From Candidatus Dadabacteria bacterium (GTDB lineage: Bacteria > Desulfobacterota_D > UBA1144 > Nemesobacterales > CSP1-2): a stretch of 64,000 nt of DNA. The notes beneath the pieces were generated by a model that ran no database searches, was not told the DNA's origin, and saw only the letters and a list, made by a program, of their open reading frames with translations. Every line of letters starts with the position of its first letter. The first letter of the stretch is position 1. Position numbers and translations under genes: made by a program. This document shows positions 50,758-60,822 of the stretch, in pieces. The stretch lies in NCBI GenBank assembly GCA_963805855.1, contig CAWDVW010000006.1, positions 64,001 through 128,000 of the forward strand, given 5' to 3'.

Positions 50758-51209
50758 CTTATGTTTATAAAAAATATGTTTATAAAGATAGAGAATTGTA
50801 GATTTCAAATGAACAAATTATTTCTAGCTGCATTCATTATTGTTATGATCTTGATTTCATCATCGGTGTTCGTGCATATATCGACCGACTTGATGATATC
50901 GGAGAGGGTTCATAGGCAAGGCCGATCATTCTACCTACCGGAGCGACGGGAGGTTTATAGGCGATGATGATTAAAACCGAAGGCCGGGTGAATGCTGTTT
51001 TTTAAGTACTGGTGTCAAAGAATTGGTTAATTTTAGAGACGATTGGCAAAATTAATTCTACTAGCGGAAGCAGATAAGTGCGCAAAAGTTTTCAGCTAGT
51101 CCCTAATAACTAGTGTATAATTAGTGCTAATGTCAAGAATTCGGATACGACAATAATGGTATTCCTTCGGCAACGATGAACTCATTGTTCTCAGGATGGA
51201 GAGGTCTCA

Positions 51210-53327
51210 ATGATAAGTATTTCAGATACACATAAGAAGTTCATTTTATTTACGGCAATTGCGGGATTTATATTCTGGGCAGTTTATCGCTGGGGACCTA
51301 GCCTGCCTATACCGGCAATCGAAGATGGTGTCGTTTACTTTTTTGGCATATTGGCTGTTCTGATCGTCCTCTTTCTTTTGACATACTCCCTTCGAAAACG
51401 TGTGGCCAGGAGTATGCCAGGCAGGCTGGACAATTGGCTTTTAGCCCACATCTATCTGGGACTTTTGGGTCTTTTTATACTAGCACTTCATGCGGAGTTC
51501 CGTTTTGGTTGGAACTTTAGCACGGTTGGCGTGATCTTTTTTGTGTTGGTCGTTGTGACAGGAATTATAGGACGATATTTTTACAGTATCCTACCATCGT
51601 CCATCTCATCAGAGCAGAGGGATATTCTTTCGCAGGTGGCTGAGATTACAAAGGAAATAAGGGGTTTATTGGATGAAAAATCAAGGGCATTCCAAAAGAT
51701 CATTGGGTCAGAACTGGATACACCTTCACCACTCTCCGCAGATCCCGATTATTGGGAGGAACTCCTTTCAAAGATTGAAATAATTGCAGAGGGGGAAAGG
51801 GAAGAATTCAAGAAGGCCGTCGTTCTTCTCGAGGAGAAGGCAAAACTAGAGGCCGAGTCGGTAGGTCAGGTTAAATACAAGCCTCTTTTCAGTAGCTGGC
51901 TTACAGCGCATATAATAGTCACAATAGGGCTGATTATCATAATACCTTTGCACGTCCTTGATGATACCTTCGGGGTTTTTCGACCGACCGCATCAGATTT
52001 TCAGGGCGCAGAGCAATGCAGGCAATGCCACCAGAGGCAGTATGATGAGTGGATTGGCTCAATGCACGCATACGCCCAGGTCAGTCCTGTTTTTGCAGCC
52101 TTTAATGATAGGGTTAAAAACATGGGCACCGGGCCGTTTTGTGTGAGATGTCATACCCCCATAGGTACTGCGATTGGTGAGACGGGAACAACCCCCAACG
52201 ATGAAAGAGCGGCCATCTCTCTTATGGGTGTTCAATGCGATGTATGTCATAGGATTGAGAAAAACCACGGTACTGTAAGCGGAAAATTCCCTCTCTCACC
52301 GGGAAGAACCAAATATGGTCTATTCGGGTCTGGAGATAATGGTGATAAGAAGGCTTTAAGAAATGCGTTCCATAGAAGCCGGCAAGGTGACTTCCTCAAA
52401 ACCTCTGAGTTCTGCGGCTCCTGTCATGATGTCGTAGATCCCAAGGGCTTAAGGATTGAAGAGGCCTTTACCGAGTGGAACGAAAGCATATATGCGAAAA
52501 AAGGCATTACCTGTCAGGACTGCCATATGCGCGCTCTCCCTGGAAAAACCGATCAGAAAAAGATTATGGGGCAGGCCGCTATGATGTTCGGTGTTGATTT
52601 GCCCGATCGTCCACTTTCCGATCACTCCTTCATCGGTCCGGACAACCACCTCATCGATTCTTTTCCCTACCCTGACAACCCTGAGGAAAACGCAAGGATA
52701 CAGAGGAATTATCTAGAAAAAAAGAAATATCTGCTTCAAAATTGTGCCACAGTGGAAATCATAACTCCTGAAGTCGTTTCTCCATCTTCCAAATTCGATG
52801 TGGAGGTCAAGATAACCAATACAGGAGCCGGACATGGAATACCTACCGGTTTTACCGCTGAGAGGCAGGTCTGGATTGAAATCATCGTGAAGGATGCCGA
52901 CGGAAAGGTATTATTTGTTTCAGGTGACCTGGATGAGAACAAGGATCTGAGGAATAATCACAGCCATGCTGTAGAGTCAGAAGAAGTCCCTCTCGACGAG
53001 TGGCTTGTTAACCTGCAATCTCAGTTTGTGAGGGGAGGCGCGAATGGTACTGTGGAAGAGGTACTTCTACCCACTTTGGCCTTCGATATAGTTAAGCATA
53101 ATGTAATGCCTAATGAATCAAAATCCGGCTTCTATCCTATTACCCTTCCTCCGGATGCGAAAGGACCAATTACCGTGGATGTCAGGCTTCGTTACAGAAA
53201 CCTCCCTCCTTATATATTGGATCTTCTTGGGGTAGGTGAGCTTAAAGACCGGCTGGTAATAGTCGATATGGCAACTGACAGTAAGAAGATTTTTTTAGAA
53301 ACACCCAAGACAGCGCTCAATGAATAG
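51210..53327 (+). CDS. Membrane-anchored pentaheme cytochrome c with an N-terminal cytochrome b-like membrane domain
   Basis: Five CxxCH motifs (CRQCH, CVRCH, CDVCH, CGSCH, CQDCH); TM His residues AHIYLG, LHAEF, AHIIV, LHVLD; C-terminal GAGHGIPTG domain. Confidence 0.85.
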   Translation: MISISDTHKKFILFTAIAGFIFWAVYRWGPSLPIPAIEDGVVYFFGILAVLIVLFLLTYSLRKRVARSMPGRLDNWLLAHIYLGLLGLFILALHAEFRFGWNFSTVGVIFFVLVVVTGIIGRYFYSILPSSISSEQRDILSQVAEITKEIRGLLDEKSRAFQKIIGSELDTPSPLSADPDYWEELLSKIEIIAEGEREEFKKAVVLLEEKAKLEAESVGQVKYKPLFSSWLTAHIIVTIGLIIIIPLHVLDDTFGVFRPTASDFQGAEQCRQCHQRQYDEWIGSMHAYAQVSPVFAAFNDRVKNMGTGPFCVRCHTPIGTAIGETGTTPNDERAAISLMGVQCDVCHRIEKNHGTVSGKFPLSPGRTKYGLFGSGDNGDKKALRNAFHRSRQGDFLKTSEFCGSCHDVVDPKGLRIEEAFTEWNESIYAKKGITCQDCHMRALPGKTDQKKIMGQAAMMFGVDLPDRPLSDHSFIGPDNHLIDSFPYPDNPEENARIQRNYLEKKKYLLQNCATVEIITPEVVSPSSKFDVEVKITNTGAGHGIPTGFTAERQVWIEIIVKDADGKVLFVSGDLDENKDLRNNHSHAVESEEVPLDEWLVNLQSQFVRGGANGTVEEVLLPTLAFDIVKHNVMPNESKSGFYPITLPPDAKGPITVDVRLRYRNLPPYILDLLGVGELKDRLVIVDMATDSKKIFLETPKTALNE

Positions 53328-53471
53328 GTAGAAAACGAAAGTTCACAGTTTCAAACCCTCCCATTAATTCAGGTGGCATTCTTCCTAAGTTAGCAACCTC
53401 GGGATCGTGGAATGCTCTGGTGTTATTCTCCTTACATTGATAATTTACGATAAAGAATTGATATTAGAGTA

Positions 53472-53502
53472 CCCTGAGACCGTGTAAATGACGGCCTCAG
53501 GG
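53472..53502. other. Strong RNA hairpin
   Basis: CCCTGAGACCGT-GTAAATG-ACGGCCTCAGGG; 12-bp stem whose single mismatch is a G-U pair on the minus-strand RNA. Confidence 0.6.
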
Positions 53503-53595
53503 CAAACAGGTGGAGAGGATAGGATGGAATCTAGTAATGCATTATTAAAAATCTTGCCTCTTTCAGATTGACCATGTTTTCAGCACATAGTTAAT

Positions 53596-53611
53596 TGCAA
53601 TAACCATACCA
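53596..53611 (-). promoter_or_regulatory. Putative sigma54 promoter with upstream palindromic activator-like sites
   Basis: Minus strand TGGTATGGTTATTGCA (GG-N10-GC); GTGCAAATATGCAC and TGTGTGATTTTGCACA at 53682-53720. Confidence 0.5.
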
Positions 53612-54357
53612 AATTCGGAGCTATTTTTTATTTAGTGATTAATGGGAGTTATGTATAAAGAAGGTATTCCAGAACAGGTCAGTGCAAATATGCACTGTGC
53701 ATCATGTGTGATTTTGCACAATATATTGGGCTTAACTTTTGATATTTATCCCCGCTGACACATTTTTGGGTTTTACCATAAGACCAGATGGAGGATTTTC
53801 GGGATATCTGGCTTCGCCCGGTATTAAAACGTTAAAATCCCCAATACAACCTATGATCAGGTATCCATTCCGAAGCGAATAAGCGAATAATAGAAGAGCC
53901 CTAGGGGGCGCTCACCTTTCTGGAGAAGGTGGCAACCCGTGGTAAGCTAGGGTTGCCCAGTGCTAAAAGATTCTAACACTGATACATCAATATTATAGCT
54001 GCAATTTGTCTCCCTATGCGAAGATTTTTAGAATTGTTCGCGTCGGGACCCTCATCTTTCCGGCAATACCCTTGAGGCTTCCGATCGACAAGATGCAAGA
54101 TAGCATAAGGATTTAGAGTCATCAGATTTTATGCTATTCAACCAGTCCGATTTTAGGCCTGATCACATCTCTAATAACCCATTTTCCGGATTTGAAAGGC
54201 CGGTTACAGGTCCGAGGGATTTCCTGGAAAGATGTATGAAGGAGAAATTATAATTGGCTGCTCAGAGGAATTGATCGAATATAGCGTGTAATATGAATTT
54301 GTGGCAATTGGGCTATCAGGTGTTATCATAATAAGTGATACATTTCGCCTAGATCTT

Positions 54358-54828
54358 ATGATAAAGAATGCGGTAATATTAATTTTGCTAGTCCTATTGG
54401 GTATCTCTTCATATCTTTTACTTGAAGCCAGGTTCCCTGAGCTCATGTTCTGGGCTAAAAACTATAACACGGGTATCAATGACTCGCTGGAAAAGGGTGG
54501 AAACATGGAAGAAGCGATTGAAACATTAGGTCCGACGCCCACGCCTGAAATGTCTGCTGAACCAACTATTAGGCTTACCCTTGGACCTTCTCGCGCCGCT
54601 AACGAAGGAGCGGATTCAAGGGAAATACATTTACAATATGAACTGATACGTCCTTCTTTTCTAGAAGTCTTAGACTCGACCGGTAATACGGCGGTCGAGG
54701 TTAATCTAGAAACCGGTGAAACTGTTTTCGGTAAGGACTATAATCCCGACGAGGCTTCCAAAGAATTTTGGAAGTCGCTCGCAAAGAATTATCCTGAAGT
54801 ATGCGTTCTAAAACAAGACCGGGAATGA
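54358..54828 (+). CDS. Hypothetical membrane-anchored protein (start probably MIKNAV)
   Basis: N-terminal TM; C-terminal VNLETGE..FG..YNPDEASKEFW. Confidence 0.55.
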   Translation: MIKNAVILILLVLLGISSYLLLEARFPELMFWAKNYNTGINDSLEKGGNMEEAIETLGPTPTPEMSAEPTIRLTLGPSRAANEGADSREIHLQYELIRPSFLEVLDSTGNTAVEVNLETGETVFGKDYNPDEASKEFWKSLAKNYPEVCVLKQDRE

Positions 54829-55014
54829 TCCTCTTAGTATTCAATTTAATTAGCCGGCGTATCTGGTTTGTAGGCTCAATTTATCGTTGAGATACTCAAA
54901 TAAACCTTTGCAAATGAGTACAAAACCTCGGTGCTAATTAATGAACTCCCCTAACGTGGGGTGAACGATTCATGAAGCGTTTTGTCTTTCTCCGGTTTTA
55001 GTTCATTACCAGGC

Positions 55015-55296
55015 TTATTTAAGCACTGCATCGCTGCAGGATTTAGCGATCCTAAACTTTAGAGCCCTTTTTGCTGGAATGTGTATGGTCTCACCGGTTG
55101 CAGGGTTTCTTCCCATACGAGCCTTACGATTTACAACTACAAGCTTTCCAATACCTGGAATAGTAAAAGAGTTCTCCGCCTCCCTATAAGCTATTGTTGC
55201 AAGCTCGTTTAATACATCATCGGCTGACTTTTTCGTTATCCCTGTCTTTTGAGCGAGTTCTCCGGCTAATTGTGACTTTGTCATTTGCTTTGCCAT
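55015..55296 (-). CDS. hup: DNA-binding protein HU
   Basis: MTKSQL, IPGIGKL, RKARMGRNPATGETIHIPAK. Confidence 0.95.
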   Translation of the reverse strand: MAKQMTKSQLAGELAQKTGITKKSADDVLNELATIAYREAENSFTIPGIGKLVVVNRKARMGRNPATGETIHIPAKRALKFRIAKSCSDAVLK

Positions 55297-55484
55297 TATA
55301 AGACTTCCTCCTTTAACATGTTTTTTTCTATTAGCTCAAGACCTGAATGAATATCCCATTATCACACGAAATACTGGTGTTTGTCAAGCAACGAAGTGCT
55401 TTAGGGTTTCGCCTTTGTGATTGTCCCGGCCAGTCAAAATATTGTTTTTTTTCTTTTGCTTACTGTGTATAATCCTTAACCATC

Positions 55485-56774
55485 TTGAGAATAATAAGAA
55501 TCGGGAAGAAGGATCTGGATAGTAAAGTAATTGGGTTAAGGAGCAAAGAATCGGAGAAGGATCTCAAGCTCCGAGCTTCAGTTAATAAAATTGTAGATGA
55601 TGTTAAAAGAAATGGCGATCGCGCTCTTTTCAAATACACCGAGAAATTTGATGAATTTGTATTATCAGAAAAAAATGTGAAGGTCTCGCGGGACGAGGTC
55701 GAGCGTGCAAAGCGGGCTGTTTCAAAAGAAATTAGATCATACCTGCGGATAGCAGCCAAAAGGATTAGGGAATATCAGAAGAACAGGCTTCCACGCGGGA
55801 AGACCTACACAGATTCTTTAGGCAACAGGCTTGGCTGGGTAGTAAGACCGGTTGAGAGGGTAGGGATCTACATTCCTGGCGGTAAAGCTTCATATCCATC
55901 TACGGTGCTGATGACGGCAATTCCGGCAAGGGTTGCCGGGGTCGAACACGTAAGCATTGTTACGCCTTGTCCAAAAGGAGAAATAAATCCAGAGGTTCTC
56001 TTTGCCTCCTCTATTGCTGGAGTCGATTCAATTTACAAGGTTGGTGGCGCCCAAGCGATTGCGGCTCTTGCTTATGGGACTGAGTCGATTCCTAAGGTGG
56101 ATAAAGTAGTAGGTCCGGGAAATATCTATGTTACGATCGCAAAAAAGCTTGTTTTCGGTGACGTTGACATTGATATGGTCGCCGGTCCGAGTGAGGTGTT
56201 GATAATTTCAGACGGGTCACTGCCTGCCGAATGGGTGGCAGCGGACCTATTGGCCCAGGCAGAGCACGATGAATTGGCCGTACCGATACTTGTGACAAAC
56301 TCAATCCGATTTGCAAATGAAGTCGATCGACAATTGTCAGTCAGCCTCAAGACACTTACGAGAAAGGTAATAGCTAAAAAGGCCATCGACAGACAGGGGA
56401 GAATATTTGTCGTTGAAAGTCTTCAGGATGCTGCAAGAGTAGCTAACGTGATTGCCCCCGAGCATTTAGAGCTCTGTGTAAGAAGGCCAAGGTCTATTTT
56501 AAAGATGATAAAAAATGCCGGCGCTATATTCCTGGGAAACATATCGACCGAAGCCTTTGGGGATTATGTCGCCGGCCCGAGCCATGTGCTTCCGACGGGC
56601 GGTGCTGCCAGATTTTCATCGCCGCTGAGTGTTTACGATTTTTTGAAGATGCCTAGTTTGATATCAATATCGAAGAAGGGTTTTAACAAACTCTGCGATC
56701 CGGTTATGGGTTTAGCGGAGAGCGAGGGGCTCGAGGCTCACGCTATTTCGGTTAAAGTTCGTTGCACATTGTAA
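55485..56774 (+). CDS. hisD: Histidinol dehydrogenase
   Basis: GIYIPGG, GGAQAIAALAYGT, GPGN, AGPSE, QAEHD, APEHLEL, GPSHVLPT. Confidence 0.96.
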   Translation: MRIIRIGKKDLDSKVIGLRSKESEKDLKLRASVNKIVDDVKRNGDRALFKYTEKFDEFVLSEKNVKVSRDEVERAKRAVSKEIRSYLRIAAKRIREYQKNRLPRGKTYTDSLGNRLGWVVRPVERVGIYIPGGKASYPSTVLMTAIPARVAGVEHVSIVTPCPKGEINPEVLFASSIAGVDSIYKVGGAQAIAALAYGTESIPKVDKVVGPGNIYVTIAKKLVFGDVDIDMVAGPSEVLIISDGSLPAEWVAADLLAQAEHDELAVPILVTNSIRFANEVDRQLSVSLKTLTRKVIAKKAIDRQGRIFVVESLQDAARVANVIAPEHLELCVRRPRSILKMIKNAGAIFLGNISTEAFGDYVAGPSHVLPTGGAARFSSPLSVYDFLKMPSLISISKKGFNKLCDPVMGLAESEGLEAHAISVKVRCTL

Positions 56775-56861
56775 ATAACTTCGCTTATAGGATATTGGGT
56801 TGATTATCGACATTATTGAATATGTATAAACTAAACTCGCGATTTTAAGTGGTGGTAGGCC

Positions 56862-58235
56862 TTGGGAACCAGATGCTCATTTTGCGACGTTCCATCTGAG
56901 AAATTAAAGGCGGTCTATCGAAGAAGGGGTTATTCGGTTTGTTCGGATTGTCTTATCTTAGTAAGAGAGATACTGGCTGAATTCTCGAGGGGGGATGTAT
57001 TTCAGGGTAGAGGAAGATGCTCATTTTGCGGAGAGGAGCACAGCGCTGAAAGATTGGTTTTCCGTGGTAAAAATGCAAAAATTTGTAATGAGTGTGCAAG
57101 CGGGGGAGAAAAAGAGATAAAGGGATTTAAGATTACCGCTGCTGTAGGTTCTAAGAAATCCAGAGGAGGCGATAATCTGGTTAACTCGCGGGTGAGAAAA
57201 GTAATACGGGATCTCTCTCCATACACGGTTCCGGAAGTCGAATGTCCTGTCAAGCTTGACGGAAATGAAAGCCCATTTTCACTGCCAGCCGAGGTATTGG
57301 ATAAAGTGGTGGCGGAGATAGCAAAAATCCCCATTAACAGATATCCTGACCCAAGCGCGGTAGGCTTGAGAAAAAAATTCTCGCAGATAACGGGATTCCC
57401 CTCAGAGGGAATCCTACTGGGAAACGGGTCCGACGAGTTAATTGAAATGCTCTTAATAACCTTTTCCGGGGGTAGTGGTAAGGTGCTAATACCTGCGCCG
57501 ACATTTTCCATGTTTAAGTTATCCACCGTAGCCCTGGGTTTGGAACCATTAAGTGTGGAGCTTGACCGGTATTTTGACATTGATCTGGGGAAAATGTTGA
57601 AGGTCCTAAAGGATAATGATCCCGATATAACCTTTCTTGCGTCCCCTAACAACCCTACAGGCAACAGTTTCAGTGAGGAGAGGATCATCGGAATCATAGA
57701 GAACGCAAAGGGTGTTGTTGTTGTAGACGAGGCTTACACTGACTTCTGCGCTAAATCACACCTACCGCTAATAGAGAAATATGAAAATCTTGTAGTTCTC
57801 AGGACAATGTCAAAGGTGGGTTTTGCAGGAATCAGGCTGGGAATATTATTTGCCAGGAATCACCTGGTAAAAGAGATCAACAAGGTGCGCCTTCCGTATA
57901 ATATCAATCTATACAGTCAGAGGATAGCGGAGTTGATCCTCGAAAATCTATCGTTCGTTGGTGAAAACATCCAGTTGGTCATGAGGGAGAGGGAGAGGGT
58001 ATTTAAGGAGCTTAAAAGAATACGCGGAATTGAGGCATTCCCGAGCGATGCAAACTTCATACTAATGCGGGTAATTGATGCTGACACTGTTCACAATGAG
58101 TTGATAAATAGGGGAGTAATTGTCAGAAACTTTAACTCTCCGGGAAGGTTGGAAAACTGCCTGCGAGTTACTATTGGCACGCCTGATGAGAACGATTCAT
58201 TTATCAGGGCATTAGAAGAGATTGTTTCGCCTTAG
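56862..58235 (+). CDS. hisC: Histidinol-phosphate aminotransferase with two N-terminal ClpX-type C4 zinc fingers
   Basis: KLDGNESP, NRYPDP, GNGSDELI, SPNNPTG, DEAY, RTMSK..G.RLG, LRVTIG; N-terminal CSFC..VCSDC and CSFC..ICNEC. Confidence 0.9.
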   Translation: MGTRCSFCDVPSEKLKAVYRRRGYSVCSDCLILVREILAEFSRGDVFQGRGRCSFCGEEHSAERLVFRGKNAKICNECASGGEKEIKGFKITAAVGSKKSRGGDNLVNSRVRKVIRDLSPYTVPEVECPVKLDGNESPFSLPAEVLDKVVAEIAKIPINRYPDPSAVGLRKKFSQITGFPSEGILLGNGSDELIEMLLITFSGGSGKVLIPAPTFSMFKLSTVALGLEPLSVELDRYFDIDLGKMLKVLKDNDPDITFLASPNNPTGNSFSEERIIGIIENAKGVVVVDEAYTDFCAKSHLPLIEKYENLVVLRTMSKVGFAGIRLGILFARNHLVKEINKVRLPYNINLYSQRIAELILENLSFVGENIQLVMRERERVFKELKRIRGIEAFPSDANFILMRVIDADTVHNELINRGVIVRNFNSPGRLENCLRVTIGTPDENDSFIRALEEIVSP

Positions 58236-59774
58236 TTTTCCTGAAAACGCATAGCCGATCCAAAAAACAAGGCATCCAAGAGGAAATAGGTACCCAATCT
58301 TAGTGTAAAGCGTAATGTTGTCATTCAATATCGCGACCTTTCCCTCCAGGCTTGTTACTTTGAAGATATCTGTTTTTTCAACAATCCTCCCGACAGAGTC
58401 GATTATTGCACTGATTCCGGTGTTTGTCGCCCGGATCAAATAACGCCTAGTCTCCACGGATCTGGGTATCGAAAGGAGAAGGTGTTGATAAGGCGCGTAG
58501 GTTTTTCCAAACCAAGCATCGTTCGTGATATTGACGATGAGGTTGGCCCCCATGGCAGCGAATTTTCTGCTGAAAGATGGGATTATGTCCTCGTAACAGA
58601 TAAGAGGAGCGATCTTGAGCCCCTTCTCCCTTATTTCAAACAACGTGAGTTCATTGCCAGGGATGAAATCGCCAGATGCGGGGCTTATTCTTTGCAATGA
58701 AGGGAAAATATTTGTAAATGGCAAGTATTCGCCGAAGAGCAAGAGCTTAATTTTATGGTATCTGCCAAGTATTTTTCCATTTGAGTCAGTAAGGAATGCG
58801 GTATTATATTTTTTTATGTCATTTAATTCAATCACATCAGACGGATTGTTCTTTGTCTCAAACGATAGTCCGCCTACGAGGAAGTAGGTTCCGGGAATAT
58901 CTGGTACCGCAATACTTCCTCGTTCGATGAGTTCATCTGCTGAAGTCGGTATCCATGCTTGTATAGCGGTTTCCGGCCAAATTATCAGGTCTGGCGGATT
59001 TAGCGCTTCGGACATCGATTTGTGTCTCTTGGAGATAATATCTTGGTTATTTTCGACCTTCTCAAAGAAGTCGAAATTTGCCTGCACCAGTCCCACACTT
59101 AACTTTGGAGCTTCTGACATCAATTTATTTTCCGTTTTCACCCTCCAAAATCCATAAGAGATGGTGAGGGTAAGCAGAATAACAGAGATTATTATCTCAA
59201 AATAAGGCATTTGATTCTGCTCTTTGATAAATATGTAAACTCTCATCAGCGTTACATTAACAATTGCGATTAAAAAACCAACGGCGTAAATACCGAATAA
59301 ATCGGACACCTGAATCATTGGGGGGAAATTGGCCTGGGGGTTTGCGATCGTATAGGGGAATAGGAAAGGAAATAGGAATTCAACTGATGTCCATATTGAG
59401 GCTATTGCTAATGCTGAGGATATGCCTCTTTTCTTTAGCAGTTGGAGTTTTGTTGTAAGATAAGAGAAAATTCCGAAGGATAAGCCTGTAAATGCGCTCA
59501 GTACTAAGAGGAAGAATAAGCTAACAGGAAAAGGAAAACCCCCGAATCTTGAAAGAGTTCCAATCAGCCAGTAAAAACCCAATGAATTCGTTACAGTGCC
59601 CGCCAATGTGCCAAGTACTAAGGCACCCGTAGGACTCTTATCTCTTATCGCAATAAGAAGTGGAATTAGAAGAAACCAGGAAACGACACCAGAATATGGA
59701 ACCATAAATGTGAGGGCGAAGAGCACTCCGGAGATGCCTGATAGAATTATGTCGATTTTTTTAATATTGCTCAT
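58212..59774 (-). CDS. lnt: Apolipoprotein N-acyltransferase
   Basis: IIWPET, YHKIKLLLFGEY, ICYED, TNDAWFG, RATNTGIS. Confidence 0.93.
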   Translation of the reverse strand: MSNIKKIDIILSGISGVLFALTFMVPYSGVVSWFLLIPLLIAIRDKSPTGALVLGTLAGTVTNSLGFYWLIGTLSRFGGFPFPVSLFFLLVLSAFTGLSFGIFSYLTTKLQLLKKRGISSALAIASIWTSVEFLFPFLFPYTIANPQANFPPMIQVSDLFGIYAVGFLIAIVNVTLMRVYIFIKEQNQMPYFEIIISVILLTLTISYGFWRVKTENKLMSEAPKLSVGLVQANFDFFEKVENNQDIISKRHKSMSEALNPPDLIIWPETAIQAWIPTSADELIERGSIAVPDIPGTYFLVGGLSFETKNNPSDVIELNDIKKYNTAFLTDSNGKILGRYHKIKLLLFGEYLPFTNIFPSLQRISPASGDFIPGNELTLFEIREKGLKIAPLICYEDIIPSFSRKFAAMGANLIVNITNDAWFGKTYAPYQHLLLSIPRSVETRRYLIRATNTGISAIIDSVGRIVEKTDIFKVTSLEGKVAILNDNITLYTKIGYLFPLGCLVFWIGYAFSGKLRRNNLF

Positions 59775-59878
59775 CTCTTCGATTAAAAGATACCTGTATT
59801 TATAGATTCACCTGGATTTTAAATCTGGTTTTAGATAGGGATATAGTTTAGATCGTATAGGCTCAGTGTCATCGATAA

Positions 59879-60670
59879 TTATCGTTTTTTTTTCGCCTTC
59901 GAGATGTTCCGTTCGGTTTGCGGCTTCAGGGAGTTTATCTGAATGAGCTTAATCGCCCCGACTGCAATTATTACGATAGCCATGACTTGAGCTACAGATA
60001 AGTGTGGAATTGGGCTTGGAGTTGTTGATCTGACAACTTCTATAAAGAACCTCTCAAGGCCTGCAAGAATGAAATAAATTGAAAATAACCACCCGTCGGG
60101 GGCTGGCTTTTTCCTTATTTTCCAAATTATGATGAAAACCACCGTCATCGCCATTACCTCATAGAGCTGAGTCGGGTGTACTCTCTCAGTGGTGGGAGGG
60201 AGCCCTTCAGGAAAGGAAATCGCCCAAGGTAGATTTGATTTTATTCCGTAGTCGTCTCCGACCAGAAAACAACCTATGCGACCGATTGCGTAACCCAGAG
60301 CAAGCGAAGGAGAAATTGCATCTCCAATTTTCCAGAAGCTCGTCTTGCTTCTGCGTGCAACAATTAATAATAGAATTACAGCCCCGATGAATCCGCCATA
60401 GAACGTAAGACCTCCCCTTGAGAATAGGTAACCCAGCGGGTTGCCAATCAAATCAGATATTGGGACATTTTCAATCACATAGAGGATCTTTGCCCCACCG
60501 ATTCCACCTATTATTATCGCAAGAAATACATTGCTCAGGAGATTCTCGGTAAGACCCTTTCTCTTGAATTCAAATGACATCACCCAGTATGCCGCAAGGA
60601 AGGCGATGGCAACCATTAACCCGAATGAAGATATTTGAAAGTTCCCAATCTTAAATAGTTCTGGATACAA
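59879..60670 (-). CDS. lgt: Prolipoprotein diacylglyceryl transferase
   Basis: GGLTFYGG, IGRIGCFL.GDDYG, HPTQLYE, RFFIE. Confidence 0.92.
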   Translation of the reverse strand: MYPELFKIGNFQISSFGLMVAIAFLAAYWVMSFEFKRKGLTENLLSNVFLAIIIGGIGGAKILYVIENVPISDLIGNPLGYLFSRGGLTFYGGFIGAVILLLIVARRSKTSFWKIGDAISPSLALGYAIGRIGCFLVGDDYGIKSNLPWAISFPEGLPPTTERVHPTQLYEVMAMTVVFIIIWKIRKKPAPDGWLFSIYFILAGLERFFIEVVRSTTPSPIPHLSVAQVMAIVIIAVGAIKLIQINSLKPQTERNISKAKKKR

Positions 60671-60675
60671 TTAAA

Positions 60676-60822
60676 TCACCGGGTTTTCTTTTCTAAATTG
60701 CTTCTTAGACTTTGAATCCTTTTCTTCAGGTCACTATTTTTTTTCACCAGATGAAAAATTAAAGAAAACAAAAACAACCAGAGGAAAAGTTGAACAACGA
60801 GTATCACAAACATGCTATTCAT
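60676..60822 (-). CDS. 48-aa single-TM protein, CcmD-like (not in the ORF track)
   Basis: GGAG RBS; MNSMFVILVVQLFLWLFLFSLIFHLVKKNSDLKKRIQSLRSNLEKKTR*; ends 5 bp before the lgt start. Confidence 0.55.
   Translation of the reverse strand: MNSMFVILVVQLFLWLFLFSLIFHLVKKNSDLKKRIQSLRSNLEKKTR

Noticed and set aside
53898-53911. attR copy of the tRNA-Arg 3' end (CCCTAGGGGGCGC)
   Set aside because: Only ~8 nt match exactly and no integrase is present; compatible with chance
57002-57697. Long antisense ORFs over real genes (also 40062-40547, 61118-61606, 11730-12155 and others)
   Set aside because: Shadow frames of well-supported genes on the opposite strand
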